A DNA stretch of 64,000 bases. Source: Picochlorum sp. SENEW3. Its lineage: Eukaryota. Location: contig CP120455.1 of NCBI GenBank assembly GCA_034226945.1, forward strand, positions 372,001 to 436,000. Reading direction: 5' to 3'. Made by a program: the position numbers and the translations under genes. This document shows positions 46,606-58,243 of the stretch, in pieces. The notes under the pieces were generated by a model. That model had not been told where the DNA came from. It did no database searches and saw nothing but the letters and a program-made list of their open reading frames with translations. The stretch's first letter is position 1. Every line of letters begins with the position of its first letter.

Positions 46606-48585
46606 ATGATGGACGCAGTGCGTTGGAGTGGGCTTGTCTTGTTGCTCATTCTGGTGGGAGTTCAACGGTTTGAGATTGCCGAGGCGTTCTATTTGCCAGG
46701 TGTTGCCCCTCAGGACTTTGCAGTGGTGGGTTAATGATAAATTTATACCATGCAAAATGTGCCATGGTTTTGTACGAGAGGAGTATCCTTGTTGCTGTAG
46801 GGTGATGAGATTGCCATCAAGGTGAACAAATTGAGCTCTTCGAAGAACCTTCCGTACGATTTCTACTCTCTGTATGGATTTTGTAAACCCAAGGATGGTA
46901 TACACAAGTTTGTGGAGAATTTAGGGGAGGTGCTGAGGGGGGATCGGATTGAGAACTCTGTGTATACTGGGGCTTTTAGGCAGAATAGTCGGTGCCAGGT
47001 GGCATGTGGGAAGCATGTGCTGACGAAGAAGGAGGCGCATCTGATGGAGTCTAGGATTGATGATGAGTACAAAGTCAATATGATATTGGATAATCTTCCT
47101 GTGGGTATGGTGCGGGTGAAGACGACGAAGAAGGGGTCAGTCTCTGTGAAGACGTATGAGAGAGGGTTTCCAGTGGGGAAGAAGGAGAAGGACGAGCATT
47201 ATGTGTATAATCATTTGGTGTTCAAGGTTTTGTATCATGAGAATGAAGCAACTGGGTTGTCGAGGATTGTTGGATTTGAAGTGGAGCCTCACAGTGTGCA
47301 GCATTCGGTGGATGACAAGGGCAAGTTGAAGGGGTGTGACGACAAGGTCGGTATTGATCCGGGGATGAAGAAGCAAGAGGTTGATGATGATGAGCAGGTT
47401 GTATTTTCGTATGATATCGTCTATGAGCCGTCTGATATTACGTGGGCTTCGAGATGGGATACGTATCTGATACAGACGGACAAGGAGGTGCATTGGTTTT
47501 CAGTCATCAATTCTCTCATGATTGTGTTGTTTTTGACTGGTATGGTGGCACTGATTATGATACGGATTCTCCGGAAAGATATCTCAAGATATAATGATTT
47601 AGAAACGGCTGAGGAGGCTGCAGAGGAGACTGGGTGGAAGCTTGTCCATGGTGATGTGTTTAGGCCACCAGCGTATGCATCGTGGTTGGCTGTGGCCGTT
47701 GGAACTGGCACGCAGTTGCTGTCCATGACGATCGTGACTATACTATTTGCTGCTTTAGGATTCTTGTCGCCGGCAAATAGAGGTGGATTGACAACTGCTG
47801 CGTTGTTCATGTTCTTCTTTTCTGGTGTCTTCAATGGGTATGCATCTGCTCGGCTATACAAGTCTTTCAGGAAAGAACAGAAGAGGATTACGACGATACG
47901 ATCTGCCTTGGCATTCCCTGGAATTGTATCGTGTATTTTCCTGTTTTTGAACCTCATGGTATGGGGACAGAAGAGTTCTGGAGCTGTGCCGTTTGGAACA
48001 ATGATTGCACTGATTTTCCTGTGGTTTGGTGTTTCTGTACCTCTGACATTCGTTGGAGCATACTTTGGATATAGGAAGGAAGCGATTGAAGAGCCGGTTC
48101 GAACGAATAAAATTCCAAGACAGGTTCCAGACCAGCCATGGTATATGGGGACGCTTGCATCAGTGGTGATTGGGGGCATTTTGCCATTTGGTGCAGTGTT
48201 TATGGAACTATTCTTCATCTTGGGGTCTGTATGGCAGCAGCAAGTGTATTATTTGTTTGGAATATTGAGCATTGTTCTGGTCATACTGCTGCTGACGTGT
48301 GCAGAAATCACCATTGTCTTGGCATATTTCCAGCTTTGTGGAGAGAATTATAAATGGTGGTGGAAAGCGTTTGTGACGTCCGGATCATCCGCTTTTTACA
48401 TTTTCTTCTACTCCATGTTTTATTTCTCGACTCGATTAGATATCACAAAAATAGTTCCCGCATTGATGTACTTTGGGTACATGTTTATTGTGTCTTTGGC
48501 ATTCTTTGCACTAACAGGGACTGTGGGATTCTATGCATGCTACATGTTTATACATAGAATTTATGCGTCTGTCAAAATTGATTGA
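46606..48585 (+). CDS. Transmembrane 9 superfamily (EMP70) protein
   Basis: Signal peptide + FYLPGVAP; intron 46726-46800; HWFSVINS, EETGWKLVHGDVFR; C-terminal KID. Confidence 0.97.
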
Positions 48586-48609
48586 TGTGTTGTAAACGAA
48601 AATGTTGTA

Positions 48610-51117
48610 TCAATCATGGTAGGCCTGTTTCTTGCTGACTCTAAGATTGCCAAGATGGTCACGTCCCAAGTATTTCACCTGTATTTCCTCCCCAGGTGAT
48701 AGTTCATCCTCCACGGAAGCAATGCGCTCGGGGGAAATTTCACTTATATGAAGCAAGGCTTGAATATCAGATCCTGGGAGCGTGACGAATGCTCCAAAGT
48801 CTTTAATTGTGGCAACTTGTGCAGTGTACACACGTCCAGGAACAAGATGTGATCCTGCTGCAGATGTGATGGCATCCTCCAAGGCTGTGTACTGTTCTAT
48901 CGAAGGAGCGAACAATTTGATTACTCCATCATCCCTCACATAGATTTTACCACTCGTTGTCTCCTCAATTTGCTGCAATGTGTTGTCTGATAAAAGTTTT
49001 GGTAGAGTGGATGGTGGAATGGCTGTTTCACCAAACTTGGCTCTGGTCTTTTGTTTTTGGCCCCTCAAAATCTTTGCCATATTTCTCTTATGATCCTTTT
49101 GTGCTTCAAAAGACTGATCGAACATGCTTTTCAGCATCGCGATGGAGATCTTGCCCGGCCTCAACGTCTGAAAGCGCCATGCAGATGCTCTTTTTTCACT
49201 TCCACCAACAACAAGCTCTGCATCCAAGAACAGACTCTCCAGGCCAGTAGGATCTGTCACGCACGTGTGCTTTTCTGGATCACTCAGGATACATGCACCG
49301 GTATCATTATCGACATCAATGATGTGGGTTTCGCCTCTTACTGGCGAATGGCTGTATGAGCAAGATAGACCGACAGTTGAAGACACCACTGGAAACTGCA
49401 GGGATAGGCCAATGTTCTGTAGAGCGCTAGACACACCATTAAGAGAGGTTGAAACCACAGAGCCATCTATATTTATTACGTCAACATTCGTTCTAAATGA
49501 GAAGGGAACATCGTCCTCTGATGGCAAGGCAGGTGTCACAGCAGACTCTATGAATGCTGCATGCACCATATCTTCCCGCAACAAGGGTGGCCCACTGTGC
49601 CTTCCATCCATTCGTGAATGGTGATTCGACGAATATAGGTTTGACAGCCTACTTGAATGTGATCCATGAATTGTGTGTTCCAAATGTGTCTGCTCTTGTA
49701 AGGATGCACACGTCACTGCATTCATCACCATTGTGTGACCAGCCTTGTAGCTCGAAGAACCATGGGAGAGAGGTAGTGATCCCAATTGAAAGGAGCCTTT
49801 TAATATATCTTTGGACTTTCTGCCGTCACATCGCTTTGTTGAAAGCATAGACTTCACCATCTCCTCCACAGCAGCACCCAACAAAAACTCGATGTCAAGC
49901 GCAGTAGCACACCCAGATCCTGGTATCCTGGCCTGTTCGGACCTCCATCGCCCTTCGTGGGAACATTTTTCTTTCACACTAGGCTTGATATACTCCTCAG
50001 CGTACTTTGAAAGATCATATATGTGTACTGGAGAGTCATTGAAAAACTTCTGAACACGCGTCATGACATCACTGTACATTCTTCTAGCTGCAGCTGGGTC
50101 TGCTCCTGCAGCGCAGATATGCTGACCCTGTTCTGCCCTCGTCATACTTGAATACTTCATCTGATACTTCAAGAGACTCTTGTCAATCACCCCTCGAGCA
50201 ATCTCCAGTCCTTTTACAATTTGCTTTGGACTCATCCCTTGCCCCGATTGCCCTGATGCATGAACAAACCCATCTTTTGAACATACAACAAGCATACTTT
50301 CGTCATGTAATCCCATTTTCATCGATGGCATACATTGATTGCCTTGAAAAACTACTCGAATAGCTCCTATCGGACCATACCATGGTATATGTGGTGCTGT
50401 TGCAAGAGCTACAGAAGCAGCATTCACTGCGACAACCTCCGGATCATATGCTCTATCCGCACTCAGCACTGAGATTTTTATTTCTATGTCATTAGGAGAA
50501 ATAACAGCATTCTGCAAAATACTTTGAATCCTGCTGGATATCCGCATTTCATTCTCTCTCATTGCTACTTCCCTCTTGTGAAATGGTGGAGGAATCCTCC
50601 CAGCAGCATAATACTTTTCTCTATAGTCCACCGATACTTTGCTAGAATATCTTTCATTCCATCGAAACTGCCTACTCCCAGTTCGCGTCGCTGCTACCAT
50701 AACTGTCGCAAGGACGACTGTTTCTCCACATGAAATCATACATGACCCATCTGCAAATGTGGTGGGCACGGGCTCAATTTTCCACTCCGAGTCTACTGCA
50801 TGAAAACTCGTCTCTCTCAGTCGAAAACGTTGCCGACTCTCCCCATCACGACTGGAAGATGTGCCCACCGAAGACGCTGCATTTGTTTGTACAGGGTGAG
50901 AAACAACCTCCTCGTCTTGTTCCCCTTCCTTCGTCGAAACCGTTCTGATCAAGGTTCCAAAAGGCCCCACACCATTCCTCGATTTTACCAGGCGATCTAA
51001 TGACGTAGTATCAGTCATAAAACCATCACCAGATGTTGCAGCGGCGAAAGGAAAATCAGCGGCATGCTGATGTCGTTTGAAAACCGACAACCCTCTCGCA
51101 ATGGCTGCTCGTCGCAT
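48610..51117 (-). CDS. Polynucleotide phosphorylase-like protein, organellar, degenerate active site
   Basis: Two RNase PH cores (VDYREKYYAAGRIP; RCDGR..HGSS), KH-like and S1 (DFGAFV..LLHISEI) domains; presequence. Confidence 0.9.
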   Translation of the reverse strand: MRRAAIARGLSVFKRHQHAADFPFAAATSGDGFMTDTTSLDRLVKSRNGVGPFGTLIRTVSTKEGEQDEEVVSHPVQTNAASSVGTSSSRDGESRQRFRLRETSFHAVDSEWKIEPVPTTFADGSCMISCGETVVLATVMVAATRTGSRQFRWNERYSSKVSVDYREKYYAAGRIPPPFHKREVAMRENEMRISSRIQSILQNAVISPNDIEIKISVLSADRAYDPEVVAVNAASVALATAPHIPWYGPIGAIRVVFQGNQCMPSMKMGLHDESMLVVCSKDGFVHASGQSGQGMSPKQIVKGLEIARGVIDKSLLKYQMKYSSMTRAEQGQHICAAGADPAAARRMYSDVMTRVQKFFNDSPVHIYDLSKYAEEYIKPSVKEKCSHEGRWRSEQARIPGSGCATALDIEFLLGAAVEEMVKSMLSTKRCDGRKSKDILKGSFQLGSLPLSHGSSSYKAGHTMVMNAVTCASLQEQTHLEHTIHGSHSSRLSNLYSSNHHSRMDGRHSGPPLLREDMVHAAFIESAVTPALPSEDDVPFSFRTNVDVINIDGSVVSTSLNGVSSALQNIGLSLQFPVVSSTVGLSCSYSHSPVRGETHIIDVDNDTGACILSDPEKHTCVTDPTGLESLFLDAELVVGGSEKRASAWRFQTLRPGKISIAMLKSMFDQSFEAQKDHKRNMAKILRGQKQKTRAKFGETAIPPSTLPKLLSDNTLQQIEETTSGKIYVRDDGVIKLFAPSIEQYTALEDAITSAAGSHLVPGRVYTAQVATIKDFGAFVTLPGSDIQALLHISEISPERIASVEDELSPGEEIQVKYLGRDHLGNLRVSKKQAYHD

Positions 51118-51497
51118 ACTATACCTGGAATAAATGGACTATGTATCCTGCAATAAAACTACTTAATGGGTACATCAAGCGATCGCCCGTCTCATTATTA
51201 GGATTTGATGTGTGAATATTGTGTTGTCTTATAAGACAATGGTTAATTAACCAAGTCATGAACTCTCCAGGCCTCATTTTAAATCGTAATTTGAATCAGA
51301 TATAATGGTGCGTTCTACCAATACTCCAAAATCATAGAGTATAATCTTCTCATTGTCTCTGGGCCAATAAGAATGGCGCAGCGACAATAGTGAATCGTCT
51401 GTTTTTGACTGCTTGTCAGAACAGTGGGCGTCTTTCCTCGTCCTTTCGCGATACACGCATGATATGCATGCTATGGATTCTTTTTGATATCTTCAAG

Positions 51498-52044
51498 ATG
51501 GCGACAAGAGTGTACGGGCTTCCGAGGATTTGAATTCAAACATTTTTTCTTCTTTTGTCGTTTGCAGGGAGATGCTGAGTTAGAAGCAATTAGACAGCGG
51601 CGTATGGCCGAGCTGATGCAGCAGCAGCAGCAGCAGCAAGGTGGTGGATCAGAAGAAGAGCAAAAGGCCGCAGAGTCTCGAAAGGCAAGAGAAGAAGAAG
51701 AAAGGAGGGCAATGTTGGCTGCCATTCTGCTTCCAGAAGCCAGGGAGAGATGTGCGTTGTTGATACACAAGAGTCACGTGTCCTGATTGATCTGTATGTG
51801 AGCAACATCATGTTGTTATGCAGTGTCTAGAATAGGATTGGTGAAGCCAGAGAAAGCTCGTGCTATAGAGGACATGATTATAGGTGCTGCACGGCGAGGA
51901 GCCCTGTCTGAAAAGGTCAGCGAATCGCGGCTCATTGAATTATTGGAGCAAGTGAACGAGCAGTCTGGCCAGCGTAAAACCACAGTAACTATACAGCGTC
52001 GTAGGATGGCATTCGATTCCGATGATGACGATGATGACTTGTAA
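51498..52044 (+). CDS. PDCD5: Programmed cell death 5 / Sdd2 DNA-binding protein
   Basis: DAELEAIRQRRMAEL, ILLPEARERLSRIGLVKPEKA, SESRLIELLEQ; two introns; first exon uncertain. Confidence 0.92.
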
Positions 52045-52058
52045 TAATGATTACATTA

Positions 52059-53070
52059 TTATTGTACACCAGATGGATCCCAACAGAACTTTTCAACTCC
52101 ATGTCTTTCTGTTATTCTTGACAATATCCTTTTGTGATCATCGCTGAGATAATGGACTTGTTTGGTGGCTTCATCGAGCCGTATTGGCTGCATCCCAGGA
52201 GCTTCTGGAGAGAACTCTCGAATTCTTTCTGGTTGCTCAGACTTTGCAAGCACACAGCAATCATTCTCCAACCCCCAGGCGAGCAACACCTGAGCAGGTG
52301 ATTTCCCCGTCTCTCGCGCCACTTGATATACTTCGGGATATTCTTCTTCGTTGAACAAGGCTCCCACACCAAAACAAGAGTACGCAACCATCTTGATATC
52401 ATTTTCCAAACAGAACCTTTTCAGCTCTGTTTGTGGATACAATGGGTGGCATTCCACCTGATTGACAGTCGGCTTTATTTTTGCATACGATAACAACTCT
52501 TTAATATGCTGTATCTCATAGTTACTCACACCGAGACTTTTGATGAGGCCCTCGTCACAGAACTCCTCCATAACTCTCCATGTTTCATATCGCTTGCCAG
52601 CATTCTCATCACTAGATATCTTCTGTCTAGCCACTCCTGGCCAATGAATAAGCATCAAGTCAACATAACCAATATCTAATCGCTCTAGTATTTGTTCACA
52701 CGCCCGCCGAGCCTTTGTAGTGCCCTGTTCATACGGAGAGACTTTACTTGTGATGAAAATGTCACTCCTCTCAATTATACCATCCCCTATCGCCGACCGA
52801 ACAGCCTCTCCAATCTCCACTTCATTCTGCAAGGAGTTCAAAAGATCAGAGGCATCAGTACCATTGGTTTAAAGAGATACACGCGTCTCCATGAATGCCA
52901 GACAGACTTGTACATGCCAAAACACACACCTTGTACACGCTTGCTGTATCAATGTGCCGTATTCCACACTCAATCGCAGTTCTAACAGATATTTTACATG
53001 ATTCTCCTGTACATCGAAATGTTCCGAGACCGATCGCAGGAGGAATCCGAGAAGTTGCCTCCAGGCCCAT
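52059..53070 (-). CDS. Aldo-keto reductase
   Basis: GLGTF, IDTASVY|NE, FITSK, DLMLIHWP, LGVSNY, NQVECHP; one intron. Confidence 0.95.
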
Positions 53071-53362
53071 GTCTTCTCAAATGCTGGACGAGACCCTCTT
53101 GTTTATTCCATCTCTACCACCCCATCTGGAAGTATCAGTAGTAGTATACTGGTATGATTTTAGGTCAATGTGGGCGAAAGAACGATGTAGATGGTGGTGA
53201 TCCGTCAAAATTCCTTGAAAAGAAAATAAGGGAGAAGATGACCTATTCAAAACTTTTCCACCAATGGATCCTTCCGTGGTGCAGCGCATCGGCACGAATC
53301 AGTCCATTTTTATGTAACTGTTGGATTCATCCTACTTGATTTTGCAATCGAACCAACAAAAG

Positions 53363-54319
53363 ATGAAAGGAGGGTCTTTGGTCCTTCTTCTGACAGTCTT
53401 GTTGGGCTTTCTTCGTCATACCAAGGGCACTGGAGCTGGACATCAACAATGCGCTTCACCAGATACTAGTACTGTGACCAAGAATAATTTTGACTGGAAA
53501 TATGACGCAGTGGTGGCACCTGGCCAGTACAAGTCGATCGAGTTTGATGATTTGCCTGGGTTTACACGTTCAGTGTCCAAAAGGAATTATGCCTTGGTGA
53601 CACCAGAGAGTCATGTGTGGGCACGTAATCCACTGTGGGACAATGCCATGACAGCTCATATCATTAGTCCAGCTGTAGGGTCTAATTTTGCAATGTATAT
53701 GGCCAAGATGAATGCAGATGGCAGGGGCAGAAATCCCCTCAATGATGGCATTGAGAGGTTCATTGTGGTGTTGAATGGTACTGTTTCCGTTACTGCGGAT
53801 ACAGGTGTGGATGAAAAAGGTGTTGTACTCAATGGTGGGGATTTCATGTATTTACCGTGCAACATCTCCCACAACATTGCAACATGGCAGGACAAGAATG
53901 CTGTCCTGCTTGTTTTTGAACGCAAGTATAAAGTCAAGGGGGTTGTTCCTAAATTTCACCATGGCTCCATTGATGCCATGCCTACAGTACCAGCAGCTGG
54001 AGAAGTCTTCACCCTGAGGAAACTGCTGCCTGATGTTTATGACTACGATTTTAATATCCATGTGATGGATTTCATGCCGGGAGAGCATTTGAATGTCAGA
54101 GAAGTACATTACAATCAGCATGGGTTGCTTCTGGTACATGGAAAGGGTATTTATAGATTAGGGGATGATTGGATGCCCGTGAAGAAGGGCGATGCAATTT
54201 GGATGGCACCATATGTTCCCCAGTGGTTTGCTGCCTTGGGGAATGAGCCAGCCAGGTATATTCTGTACAAGGACACCACAGAAGATCCCCTCCACTCCTC
54301 TGAGATGTCAATTGTATAA
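53363..54319 (+). CDS. UGLYAH: (S)-ureidoglycine aminohydrolase (bicupin), with signal peptide
   Basis: LPGFTRSV, ALVTPESHV, DFNIHVMDF.PGE.L..EVHYNQHG, WMAPYVPQW, YILYKD. Confidence 0.95.
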   Translation: MKGGSLVLLLTVLLGFLRHTKGTGAGHQQCASPDTSTVTKNNFDWKYDAVVAPGQYKSIEFDDLPGFTRSVSKRNYALVTPESHVWARNPLWDNAMTAHIISPAVGSNFAMYMAKMNADGRGRNPLNDGIERFIVVLNGTVSVTADTGVDEKGVVLNGGDFMYLPCNISHNIATWQDKNAVLLVFERKYKVKGVVPKFHHGSIDAMPTVPAAGEVFTLRKLLPDVYDYDFNIHVMDFMPGEHLNVREVHYNQHGLLLVHGKGIYRLGDDWMPVKKGDAIWMAPYVPQWFAALGNEPARYILYKDTTEDPLHSSEMSIV

Positions 54320-54400
54320 TTTGTTTTATGTTTACTGTATACTATATCATGCTTCTTATCAAGTCAGTTCTCCCTCAAAACAGGGGATTGTAAATGTACC

Positions 54401-54919
54401 ATGGCCTCCATTGATATTGACATAGCGGTTGACTGTCATGGTGAGCACCAAGCTACTGCCAAGGATTCAGGGGAGCAGATTATTACTATAGAAGTACAAG
54501 GAGAGTTTGATTGTGTGGGGTTGAGGCCACCGCGGGCCATTGGCAAACCCGAAAGCCAACCGGTTGTCACCGAGAGTTCCCGAGCCTTGGAACAATCCTT
54601 GCCTCATGAAGTCTCCTCAGTATGCCAAGGAAGATCAACCCCTCAGCAACCCACTGTCGAGCCAGACGTTTCACAGTGCTTGAGTAAGGAGAATGCAGTG
54701 CATCCGTTTCTTGTACCAAAAGCGAGAGTATCCAAAACCAGGATGCCTCGAGCCAGATGCCAGATTCGTAGTACTGAACAACCAACTACATGGAATCAGT
54801 ACTGCTCTGGAGCAAATCTACCTCAATCTCAATGGAACTATATCCGCCGAACAAAGAAAAATCCAATACTCGAACATTGCTATCTAAAAATAGACGCTCC
54901 ATGTAAAAATACAATGTGA
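54401..54919 (+). CDS. Hypothetical protein
   Basis: 172-aa ATG ORF filling the intergenic space; no motif. Confidence 0.5.
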   Translation: MASIDIDIAVDCHGEHQATAKDSGEQIITIEVQGEFDCVGLRPPRAIGKPESQPVVTESSRALEQSLPHEVSSVCQGRSTPQQPTVEPDVSQCLSKENAVHPFLVPKARVSKTRMPRARCQIRSTEQPTTWNQYCSGANLPQSQWNYIRRTKKNPILEHCYLKIDAPCKNTM

Positions 54920-54935
54920 TTAGAGCACATGTGTT

Positions 54936-56985
54936 CTAATGGCTCCTATGTTTCAGTCCTTTCAGGACTTGCTGAGCAAGATCAAGTTCTATATCCGACA
55001 TCAATTCTGGATATTTGGAAGCATTTCGCATTCCAAATTGGGATGCAATAGAAAACAAATACTTGACATTCCTTGCAAAATTATTTCCCGAACAGTGCGC
55101 AGGACTCGAGCTCTTTGCAAACTGGGCCATGGTCGCCACAAAATCCTCCTCATGTCCTTCTTCCTGCATCTGCAAATTCCCCAACATTTTTGCCAAAAGA
55201 ATAGTACGTTCAAGCGCAAACCGAAGGCCTCGCTCCCTGGCCCTCTTACTCATTTTCTGCAGCACTCCCTTGCTCTCTGGGGGAGGTTCCACCCGTTGCC
55301 AAGCACGCGCAGCTTGCCAATACTCCTTATCTTGAGCATCATACGCTGCATTTGAACTATGAATCTCCATCTCATCATGTCCCATGAGCGCAATAGCGTG
55401 TGCGCCTGGTCCCCAGAAGGCTTTGAAATTATTGGGGTCCATACATGCAAATGTATTTGCCAAATTTGCTTTCAAAATCTTCCGAATCTCCGCTTTAAAA
55501 TTAGAATCATCCGTGAGTGATTCAGACACCCGCAAGCAATTGATCGTAAGCTGCGATTCACCAGGCGAAGGTGGATGAGAATCTGTCAACGGTCTCATCA
55601 ATATCTGGACAAGAATATCAGTAAAACCCTGCAGCATGACCTTGGCCAACAGCGCTCCTTCCTGATCCACTGTACATGCCACATCATAAAACCAGGGGGA
55701 ATGCTCGCATACAGAAAGCAATAATGTACACACTCGTGACACAATATTCTCAGCAATACCTCCAGCTGCATCCGTTGGATAAAATTCAGCCTTGCGCCGC
55801 CTGACTGCATTGTAAAAGTGTTTCCCCTCCTTCTCATCAAACATTCGAAGATACGGCGGCATACTAGACTCGTTGGTCACCAGTTCAAATGCACTGCAAA
55901 CAAGTCTCAAAATGGAAGACCCATTCACATCATGCTTCAAATACCAGCAATACACGCTCTCATCCGTGAATAGCCTTTCTATAAACTTCAAGCTACACTC
56001 GGCATTTTGAGCTATGATCTTGGGATCAAACACGCTACACCCATGCCCGCACTCCAATCGTGTACTCAGCATTTGAATAATTGTCCGTGTCGCCTCCAAT
56101 GCTGCCTCCACAAAAAGATGACCCCGCGGATGCAATTGAAGCGCATCAATCACCGCCTCTATGTTTATATCCTCACCACCGCTCGCCCTCTCCGTCGCAA
56201 GACCCATGACCACTTCAATACAATCAGCCACCGCATCCAGCAGCGCAGCAGCTTCTCGACTCTTTGCTGTGATAGTAGTCTGTGACACTGACTGTATAAA
56301 ATTCCGTTTCGCAATCGACGAGATTGTCAAAAGCATCATTGTCATACTATCAATCATCTGACGCATAAACGTCGCATCCAGCCTCACAAGAGACGATGGC
56401 ATGGCAGCACACGCTGGTGACAATGCCAACAACAACTTTACTGCGCTACACACATACTCCCCCGACGTCAATGCATCCATCCTCTCAATATCCCGGATCA
56501 GAGCTGGAAGAGGATGGTACCCTTGCTGCCACACAAACAAGGAAGAAAGTATATGCAGCGGAAGCTCCCTGATAATCTGCATGGTATGAATCTGCACATG
56601 ACCTTGCTCATCCGTAGAAGCATCCGACCTCACACGTATTCTCACATACGGCCCCACGCCTGTATCATCCTCGTCCTCAGCAGGACTCGCGCCCCGTCGT
56701 TGACCACTACTCGTCTGCCCTTGCTGCACATGGATGCGCAGCACGCCGCCATAATCCTCATCAAATGTAATATATCGACGAGATTCTGACCTGATGGAAG
56801 CATCCGTCGACGAAAGCTGCCCATGAGCAAATGCCAATATCACTGCAGACAGCCTCGTGTTTGTTGTAGGTGTCCCAGACCCAGACCCTGCAATCCCACA
56901 CATAGACAGTATCCGTTACATAATTGAAAAGCGAATGGGTTTCTGAAACAGCGCAAGGAGCAGCACAGCCGTTTGACGTACTCAT
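54936..56985 (-). CDS. Helical protein resembling the Nodulin homeobox (NDX) N-terminal region
   Basis: 655-aa ORF; QLTINCLRVSESLTDDSNF recalls the NDX LNAMR.AD..xDDSNF motif; 5' exon inferred from ATG 56985. Confidence 0.6.
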
Positions 56986-57366
56986 TTAAAAACCTTTTTC
57001 TCTTGTCTGTCGCCCTACAATCGCGACGACTTCTCTTCTCTGTCTCTCAGTATTCTTACTATATTCCAAAATGTTTTGGATAGAAGAAGAAGAAGATCGG
57101 CCTGTCGGGGAAATTCAATTCAAGAAAACAAGAAAAAAGATAATCGAGTCTAGGGTACATAGGGTAATTCAAAGATCGCCAAATATCCATTAAAAAATCT
57201 CAGTGTGTGTCATTTGGCCGTAATGACATGAATGATAACACTGCTGTATTCTCAAGACCGGAATGAACGCCTACTCTGTAAAACATTTTTAAAAACTATT
57301 ACATGAAGTGAGAGCATTGTCGATCTGATTTGAGTACGAAGAGAAGGACGACGGCAATTGAGCAGC

Positions 57367-57906
57367 ATGCCGTTGCACTCAAACAATCCAACAGGCAAAT
57401 TTTTAGAAGCATCGTATCGAGGCGATGTCTTCAAAATGAAGAGAATATTAGATAAGGGAATCGTGGATGTCAATGGGACGGCAATGTTTGTCAAAGCTGA
57501 CACGCACGAGTTGGAAGACTGCACGGCGCTGTGCCTCGCGGCGAGACATGGCATCTTGTACTCGGTCGATTTCCTGATCGAATACGGTGCTGATTTGGAT
57601 CTGCCTTTAGATGATGGGAATACTGCAATCATGGAGGCGGCGAGAATGGGGCATTTGCGGGTGATTGTGTCTTTGATGGAGGGAGGAGCGTCGCTCAAAC
57701 TGACCAACGCTGATGGCAAGACTGCGGCCGACCTGGCCGAGGAGAATGGATATGGATTGGTGGCTCGGGTGTTGAAGGATCCATCTCATGTTACGATGGC
57801 AGAGATTACAGATTATACCAGGGATCATATGAAGAAATGTGCTCGTCGGAATCTTCGGCCGACAGGGTTTTGGGGCATTTTTTGTAGGTGTTGCCTGACC
57901 TGTTGA
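57367..57906 (+). CDS. Small ankyrin-repeat protein with Cys-rich C-terminus
   Basis: TALCLAA, GNTAIMEAA, GKTAADLA; ends FCRCCLTC. Confidence 0.88.
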   Translation: MPLHSNNPTGKFLEASYRGDVFKMKRILDKGIVDVNGTAMFVKADTHELEDCTALCLAARHGILYSVDFLIEYGADLDLPLDDGNTAIMEAARMGHLRVIVSLMEGGASLKLTNADGKTAADLAEENGYGLVARVLKDPSHVTMAEITDYTRDHMKKCARRNLRPTGFWGIFCRCCLTC

Positions 57907-58243
57907 TGAGTGGTGGTCAAGAGACACCAGTATACTATATACGAGACAGCGATAGCTGTTGCTCTTGGTTTTCTTTTTTCTCTTTCCCTGTTGTACACAC
58001 ACATACATGTGTGTGTGTGCATTTTTTTGCGTGGGATGGGATGTCATGTCAAATGGCAATACCCAAAAATAAATCTGCTGCTCTGGTTGAAAGAGCAATC
58101 TCGGGCCAAGCATTTTATGATACATGTATTCGGGCGTCTGTGTTAGACTGAAAATGCAATTTATTCTGTTGCTACGAATGTAATAGTACCGAATGATTGC
58201 TTGATACAGAATTGAATTCTTCGCTTGTCTTGTGTGCTGAAGA

